Below, one piece after another: positions 10,155-20,869 of a stretch of 64,000 nucleotides of DNA. The notes below the pieces were generated by a model, which searched no databases, was not told the DNA's origin, and worked only from the letters and a program-made list of their open reading frames with translations. A program made the position numbers and the translations under genes. How positions within the stretch are numbered: position 1 is the first letter of the stretch; the number at the start of each line of letters is the position of its first letter. The DNA is from Polyangiaceae bacterium. GTDB lineage: Bacteria > Myxococcota_A > Polyangia > Polyangiales > Polyangiaceae. The stretch covers positions 2,720,001 to 2,784,000 of the forward strand of contig CBDCTZ010000016.1 in the NCBI GenBank assembly GCA_965222375.1, read 5' to 3'.

Positions 10155-11453
10155 ATGCGCCGGAAACCGATCCTTGTCCACGGCCTTTCCCTGCTCGAGC
10201 GCCGCGCATTTCTCGGTGGTTCTCTGGCGACCCTGGGCACCTTGTTGCCGGGCTGCTCCGGCAGTGACGATTCGGCTGGCGCGCCCGGCATGGGCGGCGT
10301 GGGCGGCTCTGGCGGCGGCGCCGGTTTCGACGCTGGTGGCTCTGGCGGCGCGGAAGCCGGCGTAGACGCGGGACCGGCCTGTGACGACCCCTTCGCGGGA
10401 GGCACCCGCCTCGAGGACGTGCCCTTCGACGGTGAGGGCAACCTCCCTCTTGATACCCCCTTGGGCCAGGGCTGGGACGGTCGCTTGTATACGGATCTGA
10501 CCAAGCTCGATCCGGGCGCCATGGTGATCGACAACGACCGCTTCTACATCCGCACCCGAGCTCCCGATCTCATCGACCTGAACGGCCCCTGGAGCATCGA
10601 GGTCAAGGGTCTGGTCGACACTGAGATGAGCCTGAGCCCCGCCGATCTGGAGCCGCTGAAGAAACCCCAAGGCGTGCATGTCCTGGAGTGCTCCGGAAAC
10701 TCCATCGGCGGACACTTTGGACTTCTCAGCGCGGCGGACTGGGCCGGGGCACCCATGAAGGATGTGCTGGCGCTGATGAGCATCAAGAGCTCCGCCACCC
10801 GCGTGCTCGTTTCGGGCTTTGATGGCCATTCCGTGCCTAGCGTTGGCGGGCACAGTACGCCCGGCGCCAGTTGGGTCTTCACTTTCGCGGAGTTGGAAGA
10901 GGCTGGCGCGTTCTTGGCTCTGGAAATGAACGGCGTGCCGCTACCGCCCGATCACGGCAAGCCCGTGCGTCTGCACATGCCCGGCTGGTACGGCTGCACC
11001 AACATCAAATGGGTCAACGAGATCCGTCTGGTAGACGAAACCGAACCGTCCACCGCACAAATGAAGGAGTTCGCCTCCCGAACCCATCAAGTCGGCGTGC
11101 CCCAACTCGCCAAGGACTTCAAGCCGGCGAGCATGGATCAAGCCGCCATGCCCGTACGCGTTGAAAAGTGGAACGTCGGCGGGCAGACCCGCTACCGCAT
11201 CGTGGGGATCCTCTGGGGTGGGTCGGCCCCGACGGACAAGCTCGAAATCCGCTTCGGTGGCGGCGCCTTCGAGCCGGTGGACGTGTGCCCCCTGCACACT
11301 CAAAACAAGACTTGGAGTCTGTGGTCCCACACCTTCGTGCCGACGACGCCGGGCCTCTACGCCATCGACTGCCGCATCAATGACCCGGCAGTTCCCCAAA
11401 TCCGGCTTGATGCCCTCCGCTACCAGCGCTCCATCATCGTCGACGCCGTCTAG
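10155..11453 (+). CDS. Molybdopterin-dependent oxidoreductase, sulfite oxidase family, Tat-lipoprotein
   Basis: RRAFLGG twin-Arg plus LPGC; FYIR; LECSGN (Mo-ligating Cys); MNGVPLPPDHGKPVRL; PGWYG..NIKW. Confidence 0.85.
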   Translation: MRRKPILVHGLSLLERRAFLGGSLATLGTLLPGCSGSDDSAGAPGMGGVGGSGGGAGFDAGGSGGAEAGVDAGPACDDPFAGGTRLEDVPFDGEGNLPLDTPLGQGWDGRLYTDLTKLDPGAMVIDNDRFYIRTRAPDLIDLNGPWSIEVKGLVDTEMSLSPADLEPLKKPQGVHVLECSGNSIGGHFGLLSAADWAGAPMKDVLALMSIKSSATRVLVSGFDGHSVPSVGGHSTPGASWVFTFAELEEAGAFLALEMNGVPLPPDHGKPVRLHMPGWYGCTNIKWVNEIRLVDETEPSTAQMKEFASRTHQVGVPQLAKDFKPASMDQAAMPVRVEKWNVGGQTRYRIVGILWGGSAPTDKLEIRFGGGAFEPVDVCPLHTQNKTWSLWSHTFVPTTPGLYAIDCRINDPAVPQIRLDALRYQRSIIVDAV

Positions 11454-11459
11454 GCGTTT

Positions 11460-11527
11460 GGTTTTTTGGGGGATGTGGCGGACGAGTCCGTCATCGGAAG
11501 TTCTTCGAGGCTCGGCGCGTGGTCGCT
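11460..11527. repeat. Dispersed intergenic repeat, copy A (copy B at 34298-34363)
   Basis: Both copies share GGTTTTT(T)GGGG(G)ATGTGGCGG-N8-GTCATCG-N2-AGTTCTTCGAG-N11-GGTCGCT. Confidence 0.7.
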
Positions 11528-11561
11528 TCCGCAAGTGAAGCTGGGCCGCTTGTTCACGGAG

Positions 11562-12074
11562 TCAGGCCCCTCGAGTCTTCTCGCGCAATAGGTCTGGCAA
11601 GCCATCGTGATCGCCGCGCTCGCGCTCCGGCGCGTCCCGCCACAGATAGTCGCCAATCTCCTCATTGCGTTGCGGATGCAGCGGGTAGCAGATCTTGTTG
11701 CTCTTCTTGGTCGCCTCGCCGACTACCAATAGCCTGACCGTCTCGTTGCTGTTGTTGATGAAGGTATGGGCCACGCCCGTTCCCGCCGGAAAGCCCACGC
11801 CATCGCCTGGGCGCAGGGCGTGCAGCTCGCCATCGATCCAGGCCTCGGGCCTCCCCTCGAGCACGTAAACGAATTCCTCCTCGTCGCTCTCGGCATGGGG
11901 CCACGAGGTTCGTCGCCCCGGCGGTAGCTCTTCATGGTGAATGCCCAGGCGGGTCAGGCCCAGCTCTTTGGCGAAGGGCGAGCCGACGCTCAGCAATTCG
12001 TTGCTGCCCGGATAGTGGGAGTCGTCGGGTTGTTGGATATCCTCGTAGTGTCGGATGCAGACAGGTCGGCTCAT
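11562..12074 (-). CDS. Cupin domain protein
   Basis: GLTRLGIHHEELPPGRRTSWPHAESDEEEFVYVLEG and GFPAGTGVAHTFIN cupin motifs. Confidence 0.9.
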   Translation of the reverse strand: MSRPVCIRHYEDIQQPDDSHYPGSNELLSVGSPFAKELGLTRLGIHHEELPPGRRTSWPHAESDEEEFVYVLEGRPEAWIDGELHALRPGDGVGFPAGTGVAHTFINNSNETVRLLVVGEATKKSNKICYPLHPQRNEEIGDYLWRDAPERERGDHDGLPDLLREKTRGA

Positions 12075-12161
12075 GGCGCAGGCTCCCTACTGGGCCGCCT
12101 ATACCAGAAACCGCGATGCGCCGACACGGTGCCGGCGACATCGCGCTGCCGTCGTGCGGCG

Positions 12162-13775
12162 TCACCCATCGCCTGCGGTTGCCGCGGCTGCTTCGTCTGC
12201 TCCGACATCGCCGTGATGCTCATCCGCGAAGGCGCCCTCGGGCTCGCGTAGGAAGAGGAAACAGTAGAGGAGACTGAAAGCCGCGCCCCCTGCGATGATG
12301 AAGAAGAAGGTCTTGGCGTTGACCAAGGAGAACACGACCAGGTAGCAGACCGCTCCGACGTTGCCGTAGGCGCCGGCCATCCCGGCGATCTGACCGGTCT
12401 GCTTGGGGTGGACCATTGGGAGGATGGCGAAGGTTGCTCCTTCGGCACCCTGAACGAACATCGAACAGGCGACCGTGATGATGACCGCAACGACGAGCCA
12501 CCAGATTCCGTCAAAGGTGGGGACGAGGGTTTGTGTTCCCTCGACTATCGGACCGTACTTGCCGATGAACGCCATGCCCAGGAATCCCATGGTGATGCCG
12601 AACATGTACACGAGCATGGTGCGCTTCCGATTCTTCATGTGATCGGACAGCCAGCCGCCGAGTGGTCGCGCGAAGAGGTTCACGAATGCAAAGGATGCTG
12701 CGATGATCCCCGCCAAGGTGGCGGTCATGATCGGATTACCGTCGTCGCCGATCAGCGTGCGGAAGGTCGACTCGAAGAACATGGGCAGCATGCTCACCAC
12801 CGCCAGTTCGGCGCCGAAGTTCGCGAAGTAGGTGCTGTTGAGGGCGGCGACGCTGCCCCAAGCGTATTTGTCCTTCTCCGGGACGCCCCGCTTGAGGTCT
12901 GGCAAGTTGACCTGAAGCGTACGCACCACGTGAGCGGCAAAGATGAGCCCGAGCACGACGTAGATGCCTGTCAGCATTCCGGGGGAAATCAGGCTCTCTC
13001 CCTCGACCTTCACACCCGAGATGCGCCACGCCAGTATTCCCATGGCTCCGACGAGGGGAAACGACCAGACCAGGTACTGCACCAGGTCACCCCAGCTGGT
13101 GACGTGCATTGGGTCTGTCTTGGTCGCTTTGGGGATGACTCGACCGGAGGGATTGTCCCGGACGAGAAAGAGGTAGATGAAGCCGTAGACCAGCGAAACC
13201 AGACCGTTGACCGCCAAGGCATACCGCCAGGCGTTGTCACCCATCCCGAGGGAGTCCTTGAATAGCCCGATGGCGATCCAGGGAAGGGTCATGGCCGCCC
13301 ACGCTGATCCGAAGTTGCCCCAGCCAGCGTAAAAGCCCTCTGCCCGCCCCACCATCTTGGGCGGGAACCAGTTCGCGACCATCTTGATGCCAATCACGAA
13401 CCCGGCGCCGATGGAGCCAAGGACGAGCCTGGCAACGAGCAGTTGGATGAAGCTGGTGCCCAAAGCAAAGGCCAGCGCGGGGAGGCTCATTGCTATCATC
13501 AACCCCGAGAAGGTCTTGCGAGGCCCGTAGCGATCCACCAGGGCTCCGACGACGATGCGCGCCGGAATGGTCAAGGCCACGTTGGAAATGGCCAGCACCT
13601 TGATGTGTTCCTTCGTCAGCCAGTCGACGCTCTTGAGCATCGTCGTGGCCATCGGGGCCATGTTGAACCAGACGTAGAAGGTGATGAAGAACGCGATCCA
13701 CGTCCAATGCAGCACGCGTATCCGTTCTTGGGAGAAATCGACAAGCTCAGGCTTCTTCATCGGTTCGAACTCCAT
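12162..13775 (-). CDS. narK: NarK/NasA/NRT2-family nitrate/nitrite MFS transporter
   Basis: LHWTWIAFFITFYVWFNMAP; nitrate signature AEGFYAGWGNFG; FGAELAV; GQIAGMAGAYGNVG. Confidence 0.85.
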   Translation of the reverse strand: MEFEPMKKPELVDFSQERIRVLHWTWIAFFITFYVWFNMAPMATTMLKSVDWLTKEHIKVLAISNVALTIPARIVVGALVDRYGPRKTFSGLMIAMSLPALAFALGTSFIQLLVARLVLGSIGAGFVIGIKMVANWFPPKMVGRAEGFYAGWGNFGSAWAAMTLPWIAIGLFKDSLGMGDNAWRYALAVNGLVSLVYGFIYLFLVRDNPSGRVIPKATKTDPMHVTSWGDLVQYLVWSFPLVGAMGILAWRISGVKVEGESLISPGMLTGIYVVLGLIFAAHVVRTLQVNLPDLKRGVPEKDKYAWGSVAALNSTYFANFGAELAVVSMLPMFFESTFRTLIGDDGNPIMTATLAGIIAASFAFVNLFARPLGGWLSDHMKNRKRTMLVYMFGITMGFLGMAFIGKYGPIVEGTQTLVPTFDGIWWLVVAVIITVACSMFVQGAEGATFAILPMVHPKQTGQIAGMAGAYGNVGAVCYLVVFSLVNAKTFFFIIAGGAAFSLLYCFLFLREPEGAFADEHHGDVGADEAAAATAGDG

Positions 13776-13961
13776 GTCCTCGGTATGAGCACTGCTTCAC
13801 CGTCAGACCGCGCAATGCGTTCGCCTGCCACGGGCGTGACACGCATTCCTTTCCGGATCTTGGGCTGTTTGCAGCAACGAGAAGCGAACCCGGGCAACCA
13901 ACATGCCCCTCGGGTCGCCTGCCCTGACGCCTGTCATCCCGGCCAGGGCTCGGTTTCGCGT

Positions 13962-13995
13962 GTGTAAGTGGCGTGTAAGCCGGCGTGGCTAGGGT
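13962..13995 (+). promoter_or_regulatory. Heptamer direct repeat GTGTAAG-N4-GTGTAAG plus possible -10 (TAGGGT)
   Basis: Exact heptamers at 13962-13968 and 13973-13979 (11 bp period), upstream of the cytochrome c/narG operon. Confidence 0.45.
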
Positions 13996-14091
13996 CCTTG
14001 AGCGTCGTCAACGCCCAGTTTCATTGGGGGTCGGAAGGTCCTTCCGAACAGAAACGGCAGACCGAGGAACGACGCGAGGAGGAATGGCCGG

Positions 14092-14940
14092 ATGAACTGC
14101 AGAATACTCTCCAAGCGGACACTGCTTGGGCTCCTGCTCACCTGTGGCGCATTGGTTTTGTTTTCGTCACCAGCCTCTGCCCAAACTGGTGAGGAGCTTT
14201 TCAAGAAGACCTGTGCCGCATGTCACAGCATTGGTGAAGGCAAACGCGTTGGCCCCGATCTCAAGGGTGTGACCGAGCGTCGCTCGGAAGAGTGGCTGAT
14301 CAAGTTCATCAAGTCATCCCAGACCATGATCAACGAGGGCGACCCGGTCGCCGTCAAGCTGTTCAATGAGTTCAACAAGACGCCCATGCCGGACGCGCCT
14401 CACACGGACGCCGAGATCAAAGAGATCTTGGCTTTCATCAAAGGTGGTGCGACGTCCTCCGGCGCTGGCACGACGGTTGAGGCCACGCCCGAGGCCATCG
14501 CCCTCGGCGGCGACATCTTCCAGGGCGTCAAGCGCTTGAAGAATGGCGGGGCAGCGTGCAACTCGTGCCACCACGTCAAGAACGACGCGGTGATCGGTGG
14601 CGGTGTGCTCGCGAAAGACCTCACGACGGTCTTTTCGGCCATGGGCGCGCCGGGCGTAGAGGCCGTGTTGGGCTCGCCGCCCTTTCCGGTGATGGCGGCG
14701 GCTTACAAGGACAATCCGATTACCAAGGACGAGGCCGCTGCGTTGATCGCGTTCCTCCAGAATGCGGACAAGGAGCACGCCTTCCAGCAGCCACGTGACT
14801 ACGGAATGAACCTGGTGGCCTCAGGCTCAGGCGGTTTCGTGGTGCTGATGGTGCTGTACGGCGTGCTCTGGCGGCGCCGCAAGAAGCTGCCCGTCAACCA
14901 TGCAGTATTCGAGCGCCAAGTGCGCACCCAGGACGAGTGA
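14092..14940 (+). CDS. Membrane-anchored diheme cytochrome c (NarC-like)
   Basis: Signal peptide; CAACH and CNSCH heme motifs; C-terminal TM helix plus RRRKK; directly upstream of narG. Confidence 0.85.
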   Translation: MNCRILSKRTLLGLLLTCGALVLFSSPASAQTGEELFKKTCAACHSIGEGKRVGPDLKGVTERRSEEWLIKFIKSSQTMINEGDPVAVKLFNEFNKTPMPDAPHTDAEIKEILAFIKGGATSSGAGTTVEATPEAIALGGDIFQGVKRLKNGGAACNSCHHVKNDAVIGGGVLAKDLTTVFSAMGAPGVEAVLGSPPFPVMAAAYKDNPITKDEAAALIAFLQNADKEHAFQQPRDYGMNLVASGSGGFVVLMVLYGVLWRRRKKLPVNHAVFERQVRTQDE

Positions 14941-14985
14941 TCGCGCAGCAGCGCAACCTTTAGTGAGCGAAAGAAGGGTAAAGGC

Positions 14986-17900
14986 ATGAGCTGGATTCAG
15001 GACATCATCTCGCCGCAGACGCGGCAGTGGGAAGAGTTCTACCGCAATCGCTTTCAGCACGATCGCATCGTGCGCAGTACACATGGCGTGAACTGCACGG
15101 GTGGCTGCTCTTGGCAGATCCACGTGAAGGACGGGATCGTGGTTTGGGAAACGCAGCAGCTCGACTATCCGTTGCTGGAGGACTCCTTGCCTCCCTACGA
15201 GCCTCGTGGTTGCCAGCGCGGCATATCGTACTCCTGGTACCTGTATAGCCCGTTGCGCATCAAGTACCCGCTGATCCGGGGTGCATTGATCGACGCCTAC
15301 TTGAAAGAGAAGCGGGCTGCTGGGGGAGACCCGCTCAAAGCTTGGGAGAACCTGCAGAAGGATCCCAAGAAGCGGGCCTCATTCCAGAAAGCCCGGGGCA
15401 AGGGCGGGTTCCGCCGCGCGAGCTGGGACACGGTGCTCGAATTGATGGGGGCAGCGAACATCAGCACCGCCAAGAACTACGGCCCGGATCGGGTATTCGG
15501 CTTTTCGCCGATCCCGGCGATGAGCATGCTGAGCTACGCGGCCGGCGCCCGATTCATGCAGCTCTTCGGCGGCGCGAACTTGAGCTTCTACGATTGGTAC
15601 TGCGATCTGCCGACGGCTTTCCCGGAAATCTGGGGCGAGCAGACCGACGTCTGCGAGAGCGCGGATTGGTACAACGCCAAGATGATCGCGGACATGGGTG
15701 CGTGCTTGAACATGACGCGCACTCCGGACTGTCACTTCTTCGCGGAATCTCGGCACAACGGCACCAAGGCCGTGGTGTTCTCGCCCGACTTTTCACAGGT
15801 GTGCAAGTACGCCGACCAGTGGGTACCGCTACACGCGGGCAGCGACGGTGCGTTTTGGATGGCGGTATCGCACGTCATCCTCAAGGAGTTTCACCACGAG
15901 AAGGCGACCCCGTGGTTCATCGACTACGTCAAGCAGTACACAGATAGCCCCAACCTGGTGAAGCTCGAGAAGGTCGGTGACCATTACGTTCCGGGGCGGC
16001 TGCTGCGGGCAAACGAGATCGCCAAGTGGAAGGACATTGAAAACGGCGATTGGAAGTTCCTCAACGTCGACGCGAACACGAATGACCTCGTGGTGCCTAA
16101 GGGCGCTATCGGGCATCGCTGGGACAAAGACGGCGGGAAGTGGAACCTGAAGCTCGAAAACACTACCGACGACAAGGACTACGATCCGACCCTGTCGTTC
16201 CTAGACAATCGCGACGAAACCCTGCCCACCGAGTTCACGGAGTTCGGCCTGGACAAGAAAGCCGTGCGGAATGTCCCGGTGCGATTCATCGAGACGACGT
16301 CGGGCAAAGTTGCCGTCACCACCGTTTACGACCTGACCATGGCGCAGTACGGCGTCGGGCGCGGGCTGCCCGGCGAGTACCCCAAGGACTACACCGACAA
16401 AGACGCGGCCTACACGCCGGCTTGGCAGGAGATCTTCACTGGTGTGGATTCGAAGACGGTGCTGCAGTTCGCCCGGGAATGGGCAAACACCGCCGCGACG
16501 ACCAAGGGCAAGTGCATGATCATCATCGGCGCTGGTATCAACCACTGGTACCACGCCAACCTCATGTACCGAGCCGGCGCGATGGCCTTGATGCTGTCGG
16601 GTTGTGTCGGGCGAAACGGCGGCGGCCTGAACCACTACGTGGGTCAGGAGAAGCTCGCTCCGTCGGACTCTTGGGGGTCGGTTGCCTTCGCCAAGGACTG
16701 GCATCCCGCGTCGCGGCTCCAGCAGGCACCGCTCTGGCACTACATGAACACCTGCCAGTACCGTTACGACGGACAGTTCTCTCGGTACAACGCAGTTCCG
16801 AAGAACGAGTGGACCGAGATGCACACCGCGGACTCGATCTTCAAGGCGGTCCGCATGGGTTGGATGCCGTACTACCCGCAGTTCAAGCAGAACCCTCTCG
16901 AGCTTTGCGCGGAAGCGCAGAAACAGGGCGCAGGCTCCGACGACGAAATCAAGCAGTACGTCCTAGAGAAGCTAAAGAGCAAAAAGCTCGAGTATTCCGT
17001 CAGCGATCCCGATGCCGAGGAGAACTTCCCGCGCATTTGGTACATCTGGCGCGGCAACGCGATCATGGGCAGCATGAAGGGCCACGAGTACGCCCTCAAG
17101 CACTATCTAGGCACTCACTCCAACGCCATCGGCAAGGACTCGGAGGACCATACCAAAGAGGTCAAGTGGCACGACGTGGCACCCACCGGAAAGATGGACC
17201 TCGTTGTCGACCTGAACTTCCGCATGGATTCGTCGGCGCTGTATTCCGACATCGTGCTGCCCGCGGCCTCTTGGTACGAAAAGGCCGACCTCAACAGTAC
17301 GGACTTGCACTCCTTCATTCACCCGCTGTCCCAAGCGGTGGCGCCGGTCTGGGAGTCCAAGAGTGACTGGGAGATCTTCAAGGCAATTGCCCTAGCCACT
17401 TCCAACATCGCCAAGAAGTATCTGCCGGAGCCGATGAAGGACATCGTCGCCGCGCCCCTCGCCCACGACAGTCCCGATGAGATCACCCAGCCCACGGTCA
17501 AGGACTGGTACCACGGTGAATGCGAGGCGGTCCCGGGCAAGACCATGCACAAGCTGGCGGTCGTCGAGCGCGACTACACCAAGCTGTACGAGAGGTACAT
17601 TGCCCTCGGCGAAAACGTGCGCACGAAGGGACTCGGTGCCCACGGCGTCACCTACAAGTGCGAAGGGGAATACGACGAGTTGGTCGAGTCCAACCACTTC
17701 CCCGTCGAGAAGCTCAACGGAAAAGTCTACCCGTCTCTCAAGGAGGACTCCTGGGCCGCAAACGTGGTGCTTCATCTGTCTACTTTGACAAACGGCAAGA
17801 TCACGAACCGCGCGTACGGCAACATGGAGAAGAAGACCGGGCTCGAGCTGACCGACCTGTCCAAAGGCAGTGAGGATGTCAAATACACCTACGCTGACCT

Positions 17901-18603
17901 GCAGGCGCAGCCGCGTCGCTACAACACTTCGCCGCTGTGGTCAGGCTTGATGAACGAAGGCCGTGCCTATGCGCCATATACTTACAACTACGACAAGCTG
18001 GTGCCTTGGCGCACGCTGACGGGCCGGCAGCACTTCTATCTCGATCACGAGATGTACCTCGCGTACGGGGAGAATCTCCCAACCTACAAGCCTAGTCCCA
18101 AGCCGGAGGTGTACGGGGATCTGAAGCAGACCCTGAAGGACGGCGACGCGATGACGCTCAACTGCCTGACACCCCATGGCAAGTGGCACATCCACTCTAC
18201 CTACATGGAAAACCACCGCATGCTCACGCTCTCGCGTGGCTGCGAACCGTGCTGGATGAGTGAGGAGGACGCTGAAGCGTTGGGTATCCAGGACAACGAC
18301 TGGGTCGAGGTCTACAACGACCACGGCGTCTACTGCACCCGCGCCTCGGTCAGTGCCCGAATCCCGAGGGGCGTGTGCATCGTCTATCACGTGCCGGAAC
18401 GAACCGTCGGCATCCCCAAGTCCCAGGTACGCGGCAACCGGCGAGCAGGCGGACACAACAGCTTCACCCGCGTGCACCTCAAGCCCAACTTCCTCAGCGG
18501 CGGGTACGGACAGTTTTCGTATCACTTCAACTACTGGGGCCCCATCGCGCCGAACCGCGACACACATGTGGTCGTGAAGCGGATGGACAAAGTCGTTTTC
18601 TGA
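14986..18603 (+). CDS. narG: Respiratory nitrate reductase alpha subunit
   Basis: [16 protein letters not shown]0 motif; [31 protein letters not shown]; 1205 aa; no Tat signal. Confidence 0.97.
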   Translation: MSWIQDIISPQTRQWEEFYRNRFQHDRIVRSTHGVNCTGGCSWQIHVKDGIVVWETQQLDYPLLEDSLPPYEPRGCQRGISYSWYLYSPLRIKYPLIRGALIDAYLKEKRAAGGDPLKAWENLQKDPKKRASFQKARGKGGFRRASWDTVLELMGAANISTAKNYGPDRVFGFSPIPAMSMLSYAAGARFMQLFGGANLSFYDWYCDLPTAFPEIWGEQTDVCESADWYNAKMIADMGACLNMTRTPDCHFFAESRHNGTKAVVFSPDFSQVCKYADQWVPLHAGSDGAFWMAVSHVILKEFHHEKATPWFIDYVKQYTDSPNLVKLEKVGDHYVPGRLLRANEIAKWKDIENGDWKFLNVDANTNDLVVPKGAIGHRWDKDGGKWNLKLENTTDDKDYDPTLSFLDNRDETLPTEFTEFGLDKKAVRNVPVRFIETTSGKVAVTTVYDLTMAQYGVGRGLPGEYPKDYTDKDAAYTPAWQEIFTGVDSKTVLQFAREWANTAATTKGKCMIIIGAGINHWYHANLMYRAGAMALMLSGCVGRNGGGLNHYVGQEKLAPSDSWGSVAFAKDWHPASRLQQAPLWHYMNTCQYRYDGQFSRYNAVPKNEWTEMHTADSIFKAVRMGWMPYYPQFKQNPLELCAEAQKQGAGSDDEIKQYVLEKLKSKKLEYSVSDPDAEENFPRIWYIWRGNAIMGSMKGHEYALKHYLGTHSNAIGKDSEDHTKEVKWHDVAPTGKMDLVVDLNFRMDSSALYSDIVLPAASWYEKADLNSTDLHSFIHPLSQAVAPVWESKSDWEIFKAIALATSNIAKKYLPEPMKDIVAAPLAHDSPDEITQPTVKDWYHGECEAVPGKTMHKLAVVERDYTKLYERYIALGENVRTKGLGAHGVTYKCEGEYDELVESNHFPVEKLNGKVYPSLKEDSWAANVVLHLSTLTNGKITNRAYGNMEKKTGLELTDLSKGSEDVKYTYADLQAQPRRYNTSPLWSGLMNEGRAYAPYTYNYDKLVPWRTLTGRQHFYLDHEMYLAYGENLPTYKPSPKPEVYGDLKQTLKDGDAMTLNCLTPHGKWHIHSTYMENHRMLTLSRGCEPCWMSEEDAEALGIQDNDWVEVYNDHGVYCTRASVSARIPRGVCIVYHVPERTVGIPKSQVRGNRRAGGHNSFTRVHLKPNFLSGGYGQFSYHFNYWGPIAPNRDTHVVVKRMDKVVF

Positions 18604-18619
18604 GAGACCAGCGGAGGAA

Positions 18620-20176
18620 ATGAAGATGGATATCAGAGCTCAAATCTCGATGGTCTTTCACCTCGACAAGTGCATCGGGTGCCACACGTGCTCCATTGCT
18701 TGCAAGAACATCTGGACCGACCGCAAGGGCGTCGAATACCAGTGGTGGAACAACGTAGAAACCAAGCCCGGCACTGGCTACCCCAGCAAGTGGGAAGACC
18801 AAGACATCTATCGCGGTGGTTGGGCACGAGGCACTGACGGCAAGATCCACCTGAAAGGCGCGGGGAAGAAGAAGGGGTTGTTCAACATCTTCCACAACCC
18901 CAGCTTTCCGACCGTCGAGGATTACTACGAGCCCTTCACCTACGACTATCTCAATCTAATCGAGGCCCCCGCAGGCAACGATCAGCCGACGGCTCGTCCC
19001 GTTTCCCTCATCACGGGTGAACCGATGGACGTGAAGATGGGCCCGAACTGGGACGACGACATGTCCGGCACACCGGACTACGCGCGCAACGACCCCAACA
19101 TGGAGGGGCTGACGCCGGCAGAGCAAGAGGCGATGTTCCAACTCGAACGCATGGCGTTCTTCTACCTCCCTCGCATCTGCAACCACTGCCTGAACCCCGG
19201 CTGCGTCGCATCCTGTCCCTCCGGGGCGATCTACAAGCGCGGGGAGGACGGCATCGTGCTGATCAACCAGCAAGTGTGCCGAGCCTGGCGCATGTGCGTC
19301 ACGGCGTGCCCCTACAAGAAGTCTTATTACAACTGGCACACCGGCAAGAGCGAGAAGTGCATCCTATGCTTCCCGCGCATCGAAGCAGGGTATGCCCCCG
19401 CTTGCATGCACTCCTGCGTGGGACGTATCCGTTACCTGGGCGTCATGCTCTACGACGCGGATGAAATCGAGCGCATCGCGTCCCTTCCGGAAAAGGATCT
19501 GGTCGATGGCCAGTTGAAGATGATCAAGGACCCCTTCGATCCTGAGGTCATCAAGGCTGCCAAGGCCAACGGAGTGCCGGACTCGACGATCAAGGCGGCA
19601 CAGACCTCACCTACATACAAGTTCGTAAAGGAGTGGGGCATGGCGTTGCCGTTGCACCCAGAGTTCCGCACGCTGCCCATGCTCTTCTACGTGCCCCCGC
19701 TCCTGCCAGTGATGGCCTCGGTCCGGGACACAGATGGCGCCCAAAAAGAAAACCTGAATTCCATCGCAAAGACATGGACCGACAACTGGCTCTACGACAC
19801 CAGTACTGAAGAGCTGTGGGGAACCGTCGAGCAGGCACGTTTCCCATTGAAGTACATGGCGAATCTGTTCAGCGCGGGAGACGAGTCGCTGGTGGCGGAC
19901 AAGCTCAAGAAGTTGATGGCGGTCCGCATCTATCGACGCTGGAAGACCGTCGGCGACATCGACGAAGCCAAGGTGAACAAAGCGCTTGGTGACACCAAGC
20001 TCACCAAGGAATCTGCCGAGGCCATCTACTACCTAACGAGCTTGGCCAAGTTCGACGATCGCTTCGACGTGCCTCCCGCGCACCGTGAGCAGGCGCTCGA
20101 AATGCTCGAATTCACCGGGGACACTCGAGGATCCGTTGGGTTCGGGTTCCGCGAAAGGCCGGCGCGAGGTTCATGA
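18620..20176 (+). CDS. narH: Respiratory nitrate reductase beta subunit
   Basis: LDKCIGCHTCSIACK, CNHCLNPGCVASCP, CRAWRMCVTACP and CILCFPR Fe-S motifs; PLHPEFRTLPM. Confidence 0.97.
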   Translation: MKMDIRAQISMVFHLDKCIGCHTCSIACKNIWTDRKGVEYQWWNNVETKPGTGYPSKWEDQDIYRGGWARGTDGKIHLKGAGKKKGLFNIFHNPSFPTVEDYYEPFTYDYLNLIEAPAGNDQPTARPVSLITGEPMDVKMGPNWDDDMSGTPDYARNDPNMEGLTPAEQEAMFQLERMAFFYLPRICNHCLNPGCVASCPSGAIYKRGEDGIVLINQQVCRAWRMCVTACPYKKSYYNWHTGKSEKCILCFPRIEAGYAPACMHSCVGRIRYLGVMLYDADEIERIASLPEKDLVDGQLKMIKDPFDPEVIKAAKANGVPDSTIKAAQTSPTYKFVKEWGMALPLHPEFRTLPMLFYVPPLLPVMASVRDTDGAQKENLNSIAKTWTDNWLYDTSTEELWGTVEQARFPLKYMANLFSAGDESLVADKLKKLMAVRIYRRWKTVGDIDEAKVNKALGDTKLTKESAEAIYYLTSLAKFDDRFDVPPAHREQALEMLEFTGDTRGSVGFGFRERPARGS

Positions 20177-20859
20177 TGGAATCGGCAGCCTACGAGCAGC
20201 TCGCTGCGGTCTTCGAGCATCCGACTCCGAGCTTCGGCAACGCGATCAGCAGCGCCGCGGACGCGCTGCGCAGCCGCTACCCGCGCGCCGCGGCTTCGAT
20301 GGACGAGTTCTGCAAGCTCGTGCCAAGCGACGACTTGATCGCGATGCAGGAGCTCCACACCCGTACCTTCGATGTGCAAGCCATCACCACGCTCGACATC
20401 GGGTACACCCTGTTCGGAGAGGACTACAAACGCGGGGCCTTGCTCGCGAACCTGAGCGCCGAACACAAGAAGGCCGACAATGACTGCGGCGCAGAGCTGG
20501 GCGACCACTTGACTAACGTTTTGCGGCTGCTGCCCAAGCTCGCAGACAAGGACCTCCGGGCGGAATTCGTCCAGGTGATCTTGGCACCGGCTCTGCGGCA
20601 GATGATCCAGGAATTCGAACCGGCGCGCGTTGCCAAGAAAGAAGAAACTTACAAGAAGCATCACAAGACGCTGATTGAACACGCGGAGGCGGACCTTCGG
20701 TTCGGGTATCGCCACGCGCTTGAAGCGCTCTACGAAGTGCTCCGCACCGACTTCCCGCTCAGGGTCGGCCTGCCACTCGAGCAGGCTTCGGCGTTCGAGC
20801 GGGGCGTCGAGGTCGAGCTAGGTATCGAAGACAACCCCGCGCCTTGCGCGTCAACCTGA
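20173..20859 (+). CDS. narJ: Nitrate reductase Moco assembly chaperone
   Basis: QELHTRTFD...GYTLFGEDYKRG and ELGDHL motifs; located between narH and narI. Confidence 0.85.
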   Translation: MMESAAYEQLAAVFEHPTPSFGNAISSAADALRSRYPRAAASMDEFCKLVPSDDLIAMQELHTRTFDVQAITTLDIGYTLFGEDYKRGALLANLSAEHKKADNDCGAELGDHLTNVLRLLPKLADKDLRAEFVQVILAPALRQMIQEFEPARVAKKEETYKKHHKTLIEHAEADLRFGYRHALEALYEVLRTDFPLRVGLPLEQASAFERGVEVELGIEDNPAPCAST

Positions 20860-20869
20860 GAGTGTCGCC

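Noticed and set aside
13810..13832. Sigma54 promoter for the divergent narK
   Set aside because: The GG-to-GC spacing is 9 rather than 10 nt, and TTGC is misplaced.
14986..18603. Nitrite oxidoreductase or periplasmic (Tat) Nar
   Set aside because: There is no twin-Arg signal, and narJ, narI and narK are present, which fits cytoplasm-facing NarG. Phylogeny would be decisive.
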